Assembly: GCA_963790025.1 (NCBI GenBank)
Contig: CAWBMP010000002.1
Span: 352,001 to 416,000, forward strand
Reading direction: 5' to 3'
Source of the DNA: Nitrospirota bacterium
Lineage (GTDB): Bacteria; Nitrospirota; Thermodesulfovibrionia; Thermodesulfovibrionales; Dissulfurispiraceae
Length of the DNA: 64,000 nt
A model generated the notes under the pieces. That model ran no database searches. It was not told where the DNA came from and saw nothing but the letters and a program-made list of their open reading frames with translations. Of the stretch, positions 51,499 through 60,800 are shown piece after piece (the stretch's first letter is position 1; the number at the start of each line of letters is the position of its first letter). The position numbers and the translations under genes were made by a program.

Positions 51499-52728
51499 CT
51501 AGGCGAATCGCCCCTTTATAGCATCGATAATTCTGTAACGCAACGACCAGAAACCGTTTTCGGGACATGGGAACAGCATCGAATCTTTGCCGATACTATA
51601 CCGGTTACCCCTCCATACAACAGTATTGCTGACAATCGGTACAGACCATATGAGCCCGATAACAAGGTCTTTAATCGGGGAGAGCAAATAAAGAAAAGGG
51701 TTATCCATTTCGGTTTCCGTCTTTCTGCCAATATAAAAGTCGCCTGCCACTTTAAGGAGGGAGGTGAGAATCGCAAAGGTCACCGTCAATTTGGAGCACT
51801 CCCAGAATACGATCGGTAACGATGACATGAACACAGGATTCCCAACTAATTCGAATATATATCTCACCCCTCCGATCTTCCACCTGATCTTACCCCATCT
51901 TGTGTGGCGGTTAAGGAATCGACTCATTCCCCAGTATTCATTCACGTTTTGCACCATGTACCTGGACAGCACCACTTTTTTGCCGCTTTTATGCATTCTT
52001 TCACCGATAACATAATCCTCGGCAAGAATATCTTTTACCGATCTGAGCCCGCCGATTGCTTCCAAATCCTTTTTTTTCATCAGCATGGACTTTCCTACCA
52101 CACAGGGCATTTTCAAAAATTTATCAAGAAAACACACGCTTCCCATAATAAAAGAATTAAGGTGGAGGTTTTCAAATACGGAACCCAGCGAACGGCCGCC
52201 GACACCTTTTATAATATTGCTTACTAATCCGACTTCATGGCCTGTTTCCGGCTGGCTGATATGACTGGTTATCTCCGTAAGATAATTTGAGTCAACCATT
52301 ACATTGCTGTCGCTGATAAGAATATACTCATACTTTGAAGCCTTGTAAGCTGGAAGAAGATTATTGACCTTGGGATTGAGGCCTATAGAGGAATCTTTTA
52401 CAATAATGGTGATGTCCTTGTCCTGGTTTTTTTCCTGTATTTTTTGTGCTATTTTGTATGCAGGATCATTATGGCTCTGAAGAGAGAATATAATCTCATA
52501 TTCAGGATAGTCCTGTGCGCAAAAGCTCAGGAGATTGTCAAATAGATTATCATCCAGGCCCTTAAGCGGCTTAAGTATCGAAATTGGAGGAAAAAGTCGG
52601 GGAAGGGCCCGTTGCCCTTCCCCGCAGTTACAGGGAGTGGAAAGATATGAGCGTACTGCCCATATTTGGAAGCCGTAAGCGACGAGACCTAAAAAAGTAA
52701 CAAATGCGAAGAACCAGAATATACCCAT
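51499..52728 (-). CDS. Ceramide glucosyltransferase/HpnI-like glycosyltransferase (GT21/GT2)
   Basis: N-terminal TM, PISILKPLKG, GLNPKVNNL, ISDSN, LAEDY, RxxRW. Confidence 0.88.
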   Translation of the reverse strand: MGIFWFFAFVTFLGLVAYGFQIWAVRSYLSTPCNCGEGQRALPRLFPPISILKPLKGLDDNLFDNLLSFCAQDYPEYEIIFSLQSHNDPAYKIAQKIQEKNQDKDITIIVKDSSIGLNPKVNNLLPAYKASKYEYILISDSNVMVDSNYLTEITSHISQPETGHEVGLVSNIIKGVGGRSLGSVFENLHLNSFIMGSVCFLDKFLKMPCVVGKSMLMKKKDLEAIGGLRSVKDILAEDYVIGERMHKSGKKVVLSRYMVQNVNEYWGMSRFLNRHTRWGKIRWKIGGVRYIFELVGNPVFMSSLPIVFWECSKLTVTFAILTSLLKVAGDFYIGRKTETEMDNPFLYLLSPIKDLVIGLIWSVPIVSNTVVWRGNRYSIGKDSMLFPCPENGFWSLRYRIIDAIKGRFA

Positions 52729-52750
52729 ACTTCCACCTCCTTTGAAGCAC

Positions 52751-53440
52751 TTAGTTTCTGAAAAGGGTAATTGCCACCCCTTTATTATGTTTGATGCATT
52801 GTTTCACTGCTGCCGTATCTTTCTCGCAATTGAGAAGTGTCTTCCATGAATACAGGTGACGCGCCTTGTGAAAATCGCTATTGGCGAGATAAGGATACTT
52901 TTTAAGGCTTATTACATTAAAAACATCGTCCCTGTTTGCCACTTCCCATGCATCGATGTATTTGGCATATTTTTCCCTGTTGTTCCAGAGGAAAAGCGTG
53001 TCCTTGCTCATGTCCGACATATAATGCGGGTGGCAGGCCACTATCAGCGCATCCTGCTCCTTTGCCTCGGAAAATATTTTTTCGTAGTTCCAGGAGGCAG
53101 AAATAAAATCTTTTATATCAATTAGCAGCATATGGGCCGATTTGTCGGATGACAGATGGTTTTTGCTGATTTCAACTCCTGGGATCACCAGCATCCCGTA
53201 CTTGTCCCATGCCCTTTCAGCTTCCTCTTTGACATGTTCCATATACTCGTCGAAATTGTCTTCTCTCACTGTAAGATTGAAGCGATGGGCAAACTTTCCG
53301 ATCGAGTTGACTTCACTTACTACATGGTCCGTAATTGCGATAACATCGAACCCTGCCTGTCCAAAAAGGTCGACGGTCCGTTTTAACTCTACTGAACCGT
53401 CGGAGTAGGTGGTGTGTATATGGAAATCGCATAAAAGCAT
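52751..53440 (-). CDS. PHP-domain metallophosphoesterase
   Basis: DFHIHTTYSDG, AITDH, PGVE, CHP, NSDFH. Confidence 0.9.
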   Translation of the reverse strand: MLLCDFHIHTTYSDGSVELKRTVDLFGQAGFDVIAITDHVVSEVNSIGKFAHRFNLTVREDNFDEYMEHVKEEAERAWDKYGMLVIPGVEISKNHLSSDKSAHMLLIDIKDFISASWNYEKIFSEAKEQDALIVACHPHYMSDMSKDTLFLWNNREKYAKYIDAWEVANRDDVFNVISLKKYPYLANSDFHKARHLYSWKTLLNCEKDTAAVKQCIKHNKGVAITLFRN

Positions 53441-53447
53441 CACATAC

Positions 53448-53513
53448 ATACTATTATTTATTCGGTTACAGGATTATTAAGGGCTTATTAAGATTGTGTT
53501 ACGTTATGTTACG
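53448..53513 (-). promoter_or_regulatory. Pho-box-like array plus -10
   Basis: gttaca/attaag/attaag/gttacg at 53465, 53476, 53487, 53498; TAGTAT 11 nt downstream. Confidence 0.8.
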
Positions 53514-53534
53514 AAAATATGGGATGGGCTTTTC

Positions 53535-54776
53535 TTACGATCTGCTTTTTATTATATATGCGTAATACGCCGCGGCATTAGTAGGCTTGCGTTCCATTGT
53601 GTCGAAATCGACCCTGTACAGGCCAAACCTGGCATCGAGACCTTGCAGCCATTCGTAGTTATCTATAAGCGTCCAGTAGAAATAGCCCCTTACGTCGATA
53701 CCGTCCTTAATGCTTTTCTCAAGCGCATCCACATGCCTGCTCATGTATTTTATTTTTTTCTGGCCGTCATGGGTTGCGATACCGTTCTCCGTGATAATCA
53801 GCGGCACTTTAAGCCTTGACGCATATCGCAGGACTTTCTCAAGGCCGCGCGGATGTACTTCCCATCCCATGTCGGTCAGCCCATATCCGTCTATATCCAT
53901 GTGCCTCAGTTCAATACCCATCTTTTTAAACGGGTTAAACCGAATATGCACCCGCGTATAATAGTTGACACCAAAAAAATCCAGTTTGTTTTGTATGGGG
54001 ACCTGAATTGTTATTTCCTTTGTAAAGGGGAACTTTATGCGGACCGTGCCGGTTAAAAAGGCATCAAGCAGCGAGTGGTTGTAAAAATACTTGGCGATTT
54101 TTACAAGAAGCCTGTCAAGCGGGTTGTACCGTTTCCAGGACGCCAGGGCCGCCATATTATGAGCTACGCTTACCATCGCGGTACTTCCATTGTCCTTTGC
54201 CAGTTCATGAATAATGTCGTAAGACCTTCCGTGGCAGATAAGAATGTTTTGCAGTGCCTTTACGGCAAGCAGGGGATCACGAATGCCAGGCGGCACGCAG
54301 CCTTCGAGATATCCGCCAAGCAAGAGCACATAGGGTTCGTTAAATGTTATCCAGTACCGTACCCCCTTGAGCGTTGTTACCACTTTTTGGGCAAATCTTA
54401 AAAATTTCTCGACTGAAGCATCCTCATGCCACGGATATTTTTTGATGAACCACAAAGGATGGGTAAAGTGATGGATTGTGACCATCGGTTCGATATTGTT
54501 CTGTATAAGAATATCGATTATCTCCTGGTAATGGGCCAGCGATGCATCGTCCCAGACGTTTTCTCTCGGCTGGATCCTGCTCCACTCCACGGAAAAACGG
54601 TAGGAGTTGACACCAAGGTCTTTGAGCAGGTTCAGGTCTTCTTTGTAAAGTGTATAATGACTGGTGACATTAGGTTTTTCGGCAAGAATTGCGTCCCATG
54701 ATGTCCAGTCTGCGTGTGGAGAACCTTCAAGTTGAAAGGCAGATGTAGCTACGCCCCAGAGAAATCCTTTATTCAT
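53535..54776 (-). CDS. Glycoside hydrolase family 1 (beta-glucosidase-like)
   Basis: FLWGVATSAFQLEG, YRFSVEWSRI, TFNEP, ITENG, DNYEW. Confidence 0.95.
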   Translation of the reverse strand: MNKGFLWGVATSAFQLEGSPHADWTSWDAILAEKPNVTSHYTLYKEDLNLLKDLGVNSYRFSVEWSRIQPRENVWDDASLAHYQEIIDILIQNNIEPMVTIHHFTHPLWFIKKYPWHEDASVEKFLRFAQKVVTTLKGVRYWITFNEPYVLLLGGYLEGCVPPGIRDPLLAVKALQNILICHGRSYDIIHELAKDNGSTAMVSVAHNMAALASWKRYNPLDRLLVKIAKYFYNHSLLDAFLTGTVRIKFPFTKEITIQVPIQNKLDFFGVNYYTRVHIRFNPFKKMGIELRHMDIDGYGLTDMGWEVHPRGLEKVLRYASRLKVPLIITENGIATHDGQKKIKYMSRHVDALEKSIKDGIDVRGYFYWTLIDNYEWLQGLDARFGLYRVDFDTMERKPTNAAAYYAYIIKSRS

Positions 54777-54939
54777 CAAAACCGTTTCAGTCCCGCCAAT
54801 CCCATCTTAATCGTACAGCCATAACAGACATCTCCTTTAAACGCGCTCATACTCCCGTACTCATCAGCCGTGCTGACAAGTTGCCAGGCCATCACTAACT
54901 GCTTGTTTGTCTTCAACTATTTAAAATCATTGACGCCGA

Positions 54940-54995
54940 AGTATACAATAACTAATGTTACAGAAATATGACAAAGGTATGAAGCCTCAGTAACC
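54940..54995 (-). promoter_or_regulatory. Pho-box-like array plus -10
   Basis: gttaca/atgaca/atgaag/gtaacc at 54957, 54968, 54979, 54990; TATACT 11 nt downstream. Confidence 0.75.
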
Positions 54996-55031
54996 CGCCA
55001 TAAGTAAGCAACACGCAGCAGCCTCTTTTTG

Positions 55032-57254
55032 CTACCTGTTATTTCTGCGGAACATGTCGGAGAGAACGAAAAACCGCCTGTCGATAACTATTTGTTCGAG
55101 GCTTACAGGCGTTTTCTGCATCCAGTTGGGGTACGATCCAGTAATACCAGGAATATTCTGCTGGTCCAGCGTACCGATGACATCATCAAGACTTACCGCG
55201 ACCAGTTTGCACGGGGTGCATGCCAAGTATTCATAGATGCACAGGCACAGTTCGGGAGACATGGCAGGCATAGTTTGAATGTCACTGGAAACAATGCCGC
55301 ACGATTTAAGGGCATCGAGAACAAGTGCCCGGTCACGCTCCCTGTCATTAAGAAGCCGCTGCATCACCTCACCATCACTGTATATGTTCAGCTGTTTTTT
55401 TGCCTCGATATCCCGGCCTGACCAGAAGCCGTAAACTGTCGGCAGGTCGTGGGTCGTTATGGCGCAGAATGCCAAGGCAGGATACCGGTCAGGGGGTTTA
55501 AATGAAGGGTCCGGATAATTCCTTTCAAAATAAAAAAGCCGGCAGGAAAGCATCCGGAACCTTTGCAGCGCCTCATGAACGTTTCCTCCCACAGTGCCCA
55601 GGTCCTCTCCAATTACCATCGTCCTGTTTCGCACGCTCTCAAGCGCAATGATTCTAAGAAGGTCTTCATGGGGATAAGTCACATACGCACCTTTTTCAGC
55701 GGGCATGCCCCTGGGTATCCAGAAAAGCCTGAACAGCCCCAGGGCATGGTCAATTCTCAGTGCGCCGTTGTATTTCATGTTCTTTCTCATGATCTGGATG
55801 AAATAATCATAGCCGGCTTCTTTGAGTTTTCCGGGAATTATTGGAGGGAAACTCCAGTTTTGTCCGTTAGGGTTGAAATCATCGGGCGGGGCGCCGACAT
55901 CTATTTCACCGGCGGTAAGACCCTGGTATTTCCACGCATCGCTTCCACCGCCTATTGAGCCGATGGCGAGGTCGTGGTAGATCCCGATAGGCATTCGCAA
56001 ACTAAAAACCAGTTCCGCAGCTTCTTTGTGTTGTTCATCTATAAGCCACTGCACGTATTTATGGAAAAGCAACTCTTTCTCATTTGACACCCTGAACTCC
56101 CGAACGGCCTCGCTTTGCGGACTGAGCAATTCCTTTGGCCAAGCCTGCCACTTATAGGTCCCATGCATATCATTCATATGCTCCCATAAGGCTGAATACA
56201 GTGCATACGACTCAAGGGCCTCTCCCTCTTCTGCGATGTACTTTCTGAATGCGCCACCGCGGGGCGTGTTATTTTGATACGCGGCATGATAGAAAAAATC
56301 AAATGCATTTTTTAGGATGCTCTTTTTAAAAAAGGCAATTTTCTCATATTCGATCAGGTCGCCATCTATTAAGTCGCCAAGCTCCTTTTTAAAGGCATCG
56401 GAATTTATCATTTCCTGTGCCGGTCCGGATGCTTTGACTTCCGCTATTGAATCCATGTCGAGATAAATGAAATTCTTATAAAACCTGCTGATTGGTGAGT
56501 AGGGGCTCACTCCGTAAGGCTTTACATCGGGAATGGCATGCAGCGGGTTTATGCCCACGAAGCCGCCTTTTAGCTCTGCAGCTAACCTGAGAATGGTTTT
56601 AAGGTCGGTAAAATCGCCTATGCCCCAGTTTCTGGATGACCTCAGCGAATAGAGATTAATGGACAACCCCCAGGTCTTGCCGTACTCAAGTTCCGGGGGC
56701 ATATAGCAGGTATCAGGGGCAATAATGATCCGGCATGTCTTCTGCAACACAGCGGTTTCGCCGGGAAAAATTTTTTCGGCATGACTACATATGACTGTTG
56801 CCGAGTAATATCCGATATCTCTGCGTCCTTTATCGGTAATTTCCAGCTTCACGTACCTTGTACCGTCAATTACCTGCCGGTCTTTAACCGGCAGGCCCTC
56901 TCCTGCAAATGTCACCGCTTCCCGCTGACCTCGCTCATTCACAAGGGAATAAGAAAGAGTCAGCCGGTGTTCTTCAACATCATTTACAGGAACATAAACA
57001 GCAATAGTAAAAGGCTGGGCATTGACCGAAAGCACTTTCACGGGTTCGATAAAACTGGACCACGGCTTTCGACGCTCCTCGTCAAGGGCTGCAGCCAGGC
57101 TCCCGGCTGAATCCACATCTATTTGCATAGCCCTAAGGATGGATTTTTTTGTATCTATGGAAGCAACATGCCTGTTGCCGAAAATATCCCAGTACTCCGG
57201 GATAATTCCACAGAGGTCCGACAATTGATTAATTAATTCATCATAATCTGGCAT
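55032..57254 (-). CDS. malQ: 4-alpha-glucanotransferase (GH77)
   Basis: WGIGDF, SPYSP, YHDLAIG, GAPPD, RIDH, GEDLG, THDLP. Confidence 0.95.
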   Translation of the reverse strand: MPDYDELINQLSDLCGIIPEYWDIFGNRHVASIDTKKSILRAMQIDVDSAGSLAAALDEERRKPWSSFIEPVKVLSVNAQPFTIAVYVPVNDVEEHRLTLSYSLVNERGQREAVTFAGEGLPVKDRQVIDGTRYVKLEITDKGRRDIGYYSATVICSHAEKIFPGETAVLQKTCRIIIAPDTCYMPPELEYGKTWGLSINLYSLRSSRNWGIGDFTDLKTILRLAAELKGGFVGINPLHAIPDVKPYGVSPYSPISRFYKNFIYLDMDSIAEVKASGPAQEMINSDAFKKELGDLIDGDLIEYEKIAFFKKSILKNAFDFFYHAAYQNNTPRGGAFRKYIAEEGEALESYALYSALWEHMNDMHGTYKWQAWPKELLSPQSEAVREFRVSNEKELLFHKYVQWLIDEQHKEAAELVFSLRMPIGIYHDLAIGSIGGGSDAWKYQGLTAGEIDVGAPPDDFNPNGQNWSFPPIIPGKLKEAGYDYFIQIMRKNMKYNGALRIDHALGLFRLFWIPRGMPAEKGAYVTYPHEDLLRIIALESVRNRTMVIGEDLGTVGGNVHEALQRFRMLSCRLFYFERNYPDPSFKPPDRYPALAFCAITTHDLPTVYGFWSGRDIEAKKQLNIYSDGEVMQRLLNDRERDRALVLDALKSCGIVSSDIQTMPAMSPELCLCIYEYLACTPCKLVAVSLDDVIGTLDQQNIPGITGSYPNWMQKTPVSLEQIVIDRRFFVLSDMFRRNNR

Positions 57255-57365
57255 AAGGACCGGGCACTGCCATTTAATTATACGCTAAAAAGAGCATTTT
57301 GTCTTGAATCATACGCTCCGTATAACGTATTATTAATTTTATCTTAACTATTGCCGGAGGGTTGA

Positions 57366-58772
57366 TTGAGCAATGCAGTAAGAGTACGATTTGCACCGAG
57401 TCCTACGGGGCATTTGCATATCGGCGGCGCCAGGACCGCCCTGTTCAACTGGCTGTTTGCCAGGCATTACAAAGGCACGTTTATCCTCAGGATCGAGGAT
57501 ACCGATACAAGCCGCTCCACGGATGAGTATATAGAGGCTATTATAAAGGGCATGGAGTGGCTGGGACTCGACTGGGACGAGGGTCCGTACCGGCAAACAG
57601 CCCGGTTCGAAGTATACCGGAACTATATCGACAGGCTGCTGAAAGAAGGCAAGGCGTATTATTGTTACTGCACCCCCGAAGAACTGGAGCAGAGGAGGCA
57701 GGAAGCTCTGGCCCAGGGCAGGACGCCCAAGTACGATAACAGATGCCGCTACCTGAAAGAGCCTGTCCCCGGCAGGACCCCGGCTGTACGGTTCATGATG
57801 CCCCAGGAGGGACGGACTGCAGTAAATGACCTTATAAAAGGGATAATCGAATTTGAAAACAATATTCTTGAAGATATGGTTATTCTGCGTTCGGATGGGA
57901 CCCCTACCTATAATTTTGTTGTGGTTGTCGATGATATAGACATGAGGATAACTCACGTCATCAGGGGCGATGATCATTTGAACAATACACCGAAACAGAT
58001 ACACATTTACAAGGCGTTCGGATGGGAAGTTCCGGAATTTGCCCACTTGCCTATGATCCTCGGCTCCGACAAGGCGAGATTGAGCAAGCGTCACGGTGCA
58101 ACATCTGTGATGGCCTACAAAGACATGGGCTATCTCCCCGATGCACTGGTCAATTATTTGGTGCGGCTTGGATGGGCTTACGGCGACCAGGAAGTATTTA
58201 CGAGGGAAGAACTGGTCGACTTTTTCTCCCTTGAGAGCGTGGGCAAATCTGCGGCGGTCTTCAATCCCGAAAAACTGCTTTGGCTCAACAGCCAGTATAT
58301 CAACGGACCGGCGGCTAAAGATCTTCCGGAGGCAGTGATCCCCTTTCTGATAAAGGATGGGACCATTTCCGAAGCGCGGCAGCTTGACAAGCAATGGCTG
58401 TCAAAGGCCGTTTTGTCGCTGAAAGAAAGGTCCCGCACACTGGTCGAACTCGCCCATTCATTGCGTTATTATATCCTTGACGACATTGAAATCGATCCCA
58501 AGGCCAGAGACAAATTTCTGAAACCCGAACATATAGGCCATCTTTCGGAACTGCATGCGTTGCTTTCGGATATCACTGACTTCACCTCAGAGGAAATTGA
58601 AAAAACATTCATATCGCTCGCGGAAAGGCATGAGTTGAAACTCGGAGCCATTGCCCAGCCTGCACGCGTTGCAATAACAGGGTCTACTGCAAGCCCCGGC
58701 ATATTCGAGGTCATGGAACTCGTCGGGAAAGAAAAAATATTGAAGAGATTATCCGGAGTAATCGGAGGCTGA
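57366..58772 (+). CDS. gltX: Glutamate--tRNA ligase
   Basis: RFAPSPTG, HIGG, RIEDTD, LSKR. Confidence 0.97.
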   Translation: MSNAVRVRFAPSPTGHLHIGGARTALFNWLFARHYKGTFILRIEDTDTSRSTDEYIEAIIKGMEWLGLDWDEGPYRQTARFEVYRNYIDRLLKEGKAYYCYCTPEELEQRRQEALAQGRTPKYDNRCRYLKEPVPGRTPAVRFMMPQEGRTAVNDLIKGIIEFENNILEDMVILRSDGTPTYNFVVVVDDIDMRITHVIRGDDHLNNTPKQIHIYKAFGWEVPEFAHLPMILGSDKARLSKRHGATSVMAYKDMGYLPDALVNYLVRLGWAYGDQEVFTREELVDFFSLESVGKSAAVFNPEKLLWLNSQYINGPAAKDLPEAVIPFLIKDGTISEARQLDKQWLSKAVLSLKERSRTLVELAHSLRYYILDDIEIDPKARDKFLKPEHIGHLSELHALLSDITDFTSEEIEKTFISLAERHELKLGAIAQPARVAITGSTASPGIFEVMELVGKEKILKRLSGVIGG

Positions 58773-58776
58773 TGCA

Positions 58777-58947
58777 ATGCCTGTAGCTAAAGAACTGGTC
58801 AATTTTCTCGCCTGCCAGAAATGCAAAGGCGATCTTATTCTCACAGAAAAAGGAGATGGCATTACATGCATGCACTGCATGCTCACGTATCCAATCAGGG
58901 ATGACATACCGATCATGGTCATTGAAGAAACGACGCCGGTAAAGTAG
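58777..58947 (+). CDS. Trm112/YcaR-family protein (not in the ORF track)
   Basis: LACQKCKGDL...C..C..YPIRDDIPIM. Confidence 0.9.
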   Translation: MPVAKELVNFLACQKCKGDLILTEKGDGITCMHCMLTYPIRDDIPIMVIEETTPVK

Positions 58948-58961
58948 GAAGACAGAAAAAA

Positions 58962-59022
58962 ATAGTCAGTAAGCAGCAAAGAAAAACAGAAGAAGAAATA
59001 CTTGCTGCTTGCTACTGGCTAC
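58962..59022. repeat. Heptamer-arm palindrome
   Basis: tagtcag taagcag caa ... cttgctg cttgcta ctggcta. Confidence 0.7.
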
Positions 59023-59053
59023 CAAATTGTGTGGTAATGCTATAATAACGCTC

Positions 59054-60424
59054 ATGGGAACGTGGAGCCACATTGAGGAACGCCTGGAGAGCAAGAAGAA
59101 TGATTTCCGTTCCTATGATTTTAGCCAGACGGAAAGCGATGCGCTGGCGGCTTTTTTTGATCTGGCCCAGGAATTTGACGGCATTGAGGACTTTTACTCG
59201 CTCTGCACTGCCATTCCCAAGGCCTTCTTCGGGCTGGAATCCAGACTCTATCTTATAGAACCGAAAATGAACGGTTTGGCGCTTGTCGCCAAAACCGAAG
59301 AGGACGGACCAGACCTGCAGACGGCGCCTCCCTCTTTCATACAACCGGGAGAACGCCCGTATCACACCGGCAACGCTAGTCTAGTGCTGACGATACGAGG
59401 GAAGAAATACCTTATTGACCAACTCCCTTTTAACGTTACGGACAACGTTTTGGGACTGCTGGAAATTTATCCCGACAGGAGTATCGACGCACACCTTGAA
59501 TTGTTTTTCGAAAAATATGCCAACAGGATCGGTTTTAATTTTCACAACCGTTTTGTAGTCGAGAAAAATATAGAACACCTCAAGTTTATCAAGTCGCTCG
59601 TTGCCGATATTGAGCATAACGTTATCGTTCCCAACATCGTTTATAAACTTTTCCTGAGGCGGCTCAAGGGAAAGATTGAGAAGAACGTCGAGATAGAACA
59701 TCTGCTCGAAAGCATGGATATCGATAAAACATGCGATAAGGCGCATTTGCAGCTTACTCTCGCTGAACTTATGGATGTTAACCATGGTTTGACCGAAGAG
59801 TTGGAAAATATTGAAAAACATTACAAGAATATGAGCCTGTTTCTGGAGACTCTTTTGCGCAGAAGCCATTTCGAGCAGGGCAAGCTTACCTTGCGCACGA
59901 CACCCTGCAATATAAGACAGGATGTAGTTCTGCCCCAGGTTGAGCGTTTCGCAGACAGGTTCAGGGAAATGGGAATCGCTATTGACGATAAGTTCGGTGG
60001 CATCCCCGACAAAGAGGTCATAAGCGTTGTGGATGTCGGGCTTGTGGCCCAGGTATATGCCAACCTTTTTTCCAATGCACTTAAATATACTCAGGAGGTC
60101 GTGACCATATCCGACGAGAAAAAAAAATATATAGCCTACGGTCGGGAAATTATAAAAGATTATTTCGGGTCCGGCAAGGATGGGGTTAAATATAACGTAT
60201 TCAGCACGGGGCCGCACATCGATCCGGATGAACGGGAAAAGATCTTTGAGGAGGGGTTTCGGGGTTCCAACGCCGTTAACAAGCCCGGCACCGGACACGG
60301 CCTTGCATTTGTAAAAAATGCCGTTGAGATACACGGAGGCGTGGTCGGCTATGAGGCCACCCAATACGGCAACAATTTCTATTTTATCATTCCTAAAGAC
60401 AGCAGCAACAGGGCCGGCCAATAA
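59054..60424 (+). CDS. Cytoplasmic sensor histidine kinase
   Basis: DIEHN H-box-like, NLFSNALKY, STGP.I, IFEEGFR, GTGHGLA. Confidence 0.85.
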   Translation: MGTWSHIEERLESKKNDFRSYDFSQTESDALAAFFDLAQEFDGIEDFYSLCTAIPKAFFGLESRLYLIEPKMNGLALVAKTEEDGPDLQTAPPSFIQPGERPYHTGNASLVLTIRGKKYLIDQLPFNVTDNVLGLLEIYPDRSIDAHLELFFEKYANRIGFNFHNRFVVEKNIEHLKFIKSLVADIEHNVIVPNIVYKLFLRRLKGKIEKNVEIEHLLESMDIDKTCDKAHLQLTLAELMDVNHGLTEELENIEKHYKNMSLFLETLLRRSHFEQGKLTLRTTPCNIRQDVVLPQVERFADRFREMGIAIDDKFGGIPDKEVISVVDVGLVAQVYANLFSNALKYTQEVVTISDEKKKYIAYGREIIKDYFGSGKDGVKYNVFSTGPHIDPDEREKIFEEGFRGSNAVNKPGTGHGLAFVKNAVEIHGGVVGYEATQYGNNFYFIIPKDSSNRAGQ

Positions 60425-60462
60425 ATGAGGGTAGGATTCAGACTGACCGCCCCTGTCAAGCG

Positions 60463-60798
60463 TTAAGGCATCGTGATAGCAATGTCATAGGTGCCTACCC
60501 CTACTCTGTCGGCAATTCCTTTTTGCCATAATATCTCCATCACCTTTACACGGGAGCTTTTTGGAACCATAAGAATAAGCTTGGTACCAGGCTGGGCCAG
60601 GTCCTTCCATTTCTCGGCTTTTTCCCGCGTTATACTGTTTTCAGTCTCAACTTCAACGACGGCAAGAAGGAGTCCGTGATTTGACAGGGTCAGGTCAGGG
60701 TCTCCACCGGGATTGACCTTTATTTCACTGTATTCCTTCCTGAACCTGTGTTTCAAATGGTTGATAATTAAATTGTGTACAAGGTGCTCGTTATCCAT
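60463..60798 (-). CDS. Hypothetical protein with a PD-(D/E)xK-like motif
   Basis: DPDL...VVEVET. Confidence 0.65.
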   Translation of the reverse strand: MDNEHLVHNLIINHLKHRFRKEYSEIKVNPGGDPDLTLSNHGLLLAVVEVETENSITREKAEKWKDLAQPGTKLILMVPKSSRVKVMEILWQKGIADRVGVGTYDIAITMP

Positions 60799-60800
60799 TT

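Noticed and set aside
54787..54822. Short ORF MAVRLRWDWRD* as a TGA read-through extension of GH1
   Set aside because: It is not in frame with the GH1 start
57348..60421. Long minus-strand ORFs (348 aa and 346 aa), and likewise plus-strand 44838-45824
   Set aside because: Antisense to gltX, the kinase and the ATPase; consistent with codon-bias shadows
59054..60424. Kinase as PhoR
   Set aside because: Lacks the PhoR-type TM/PAS layout and SHELRTP box; no phoB nearby
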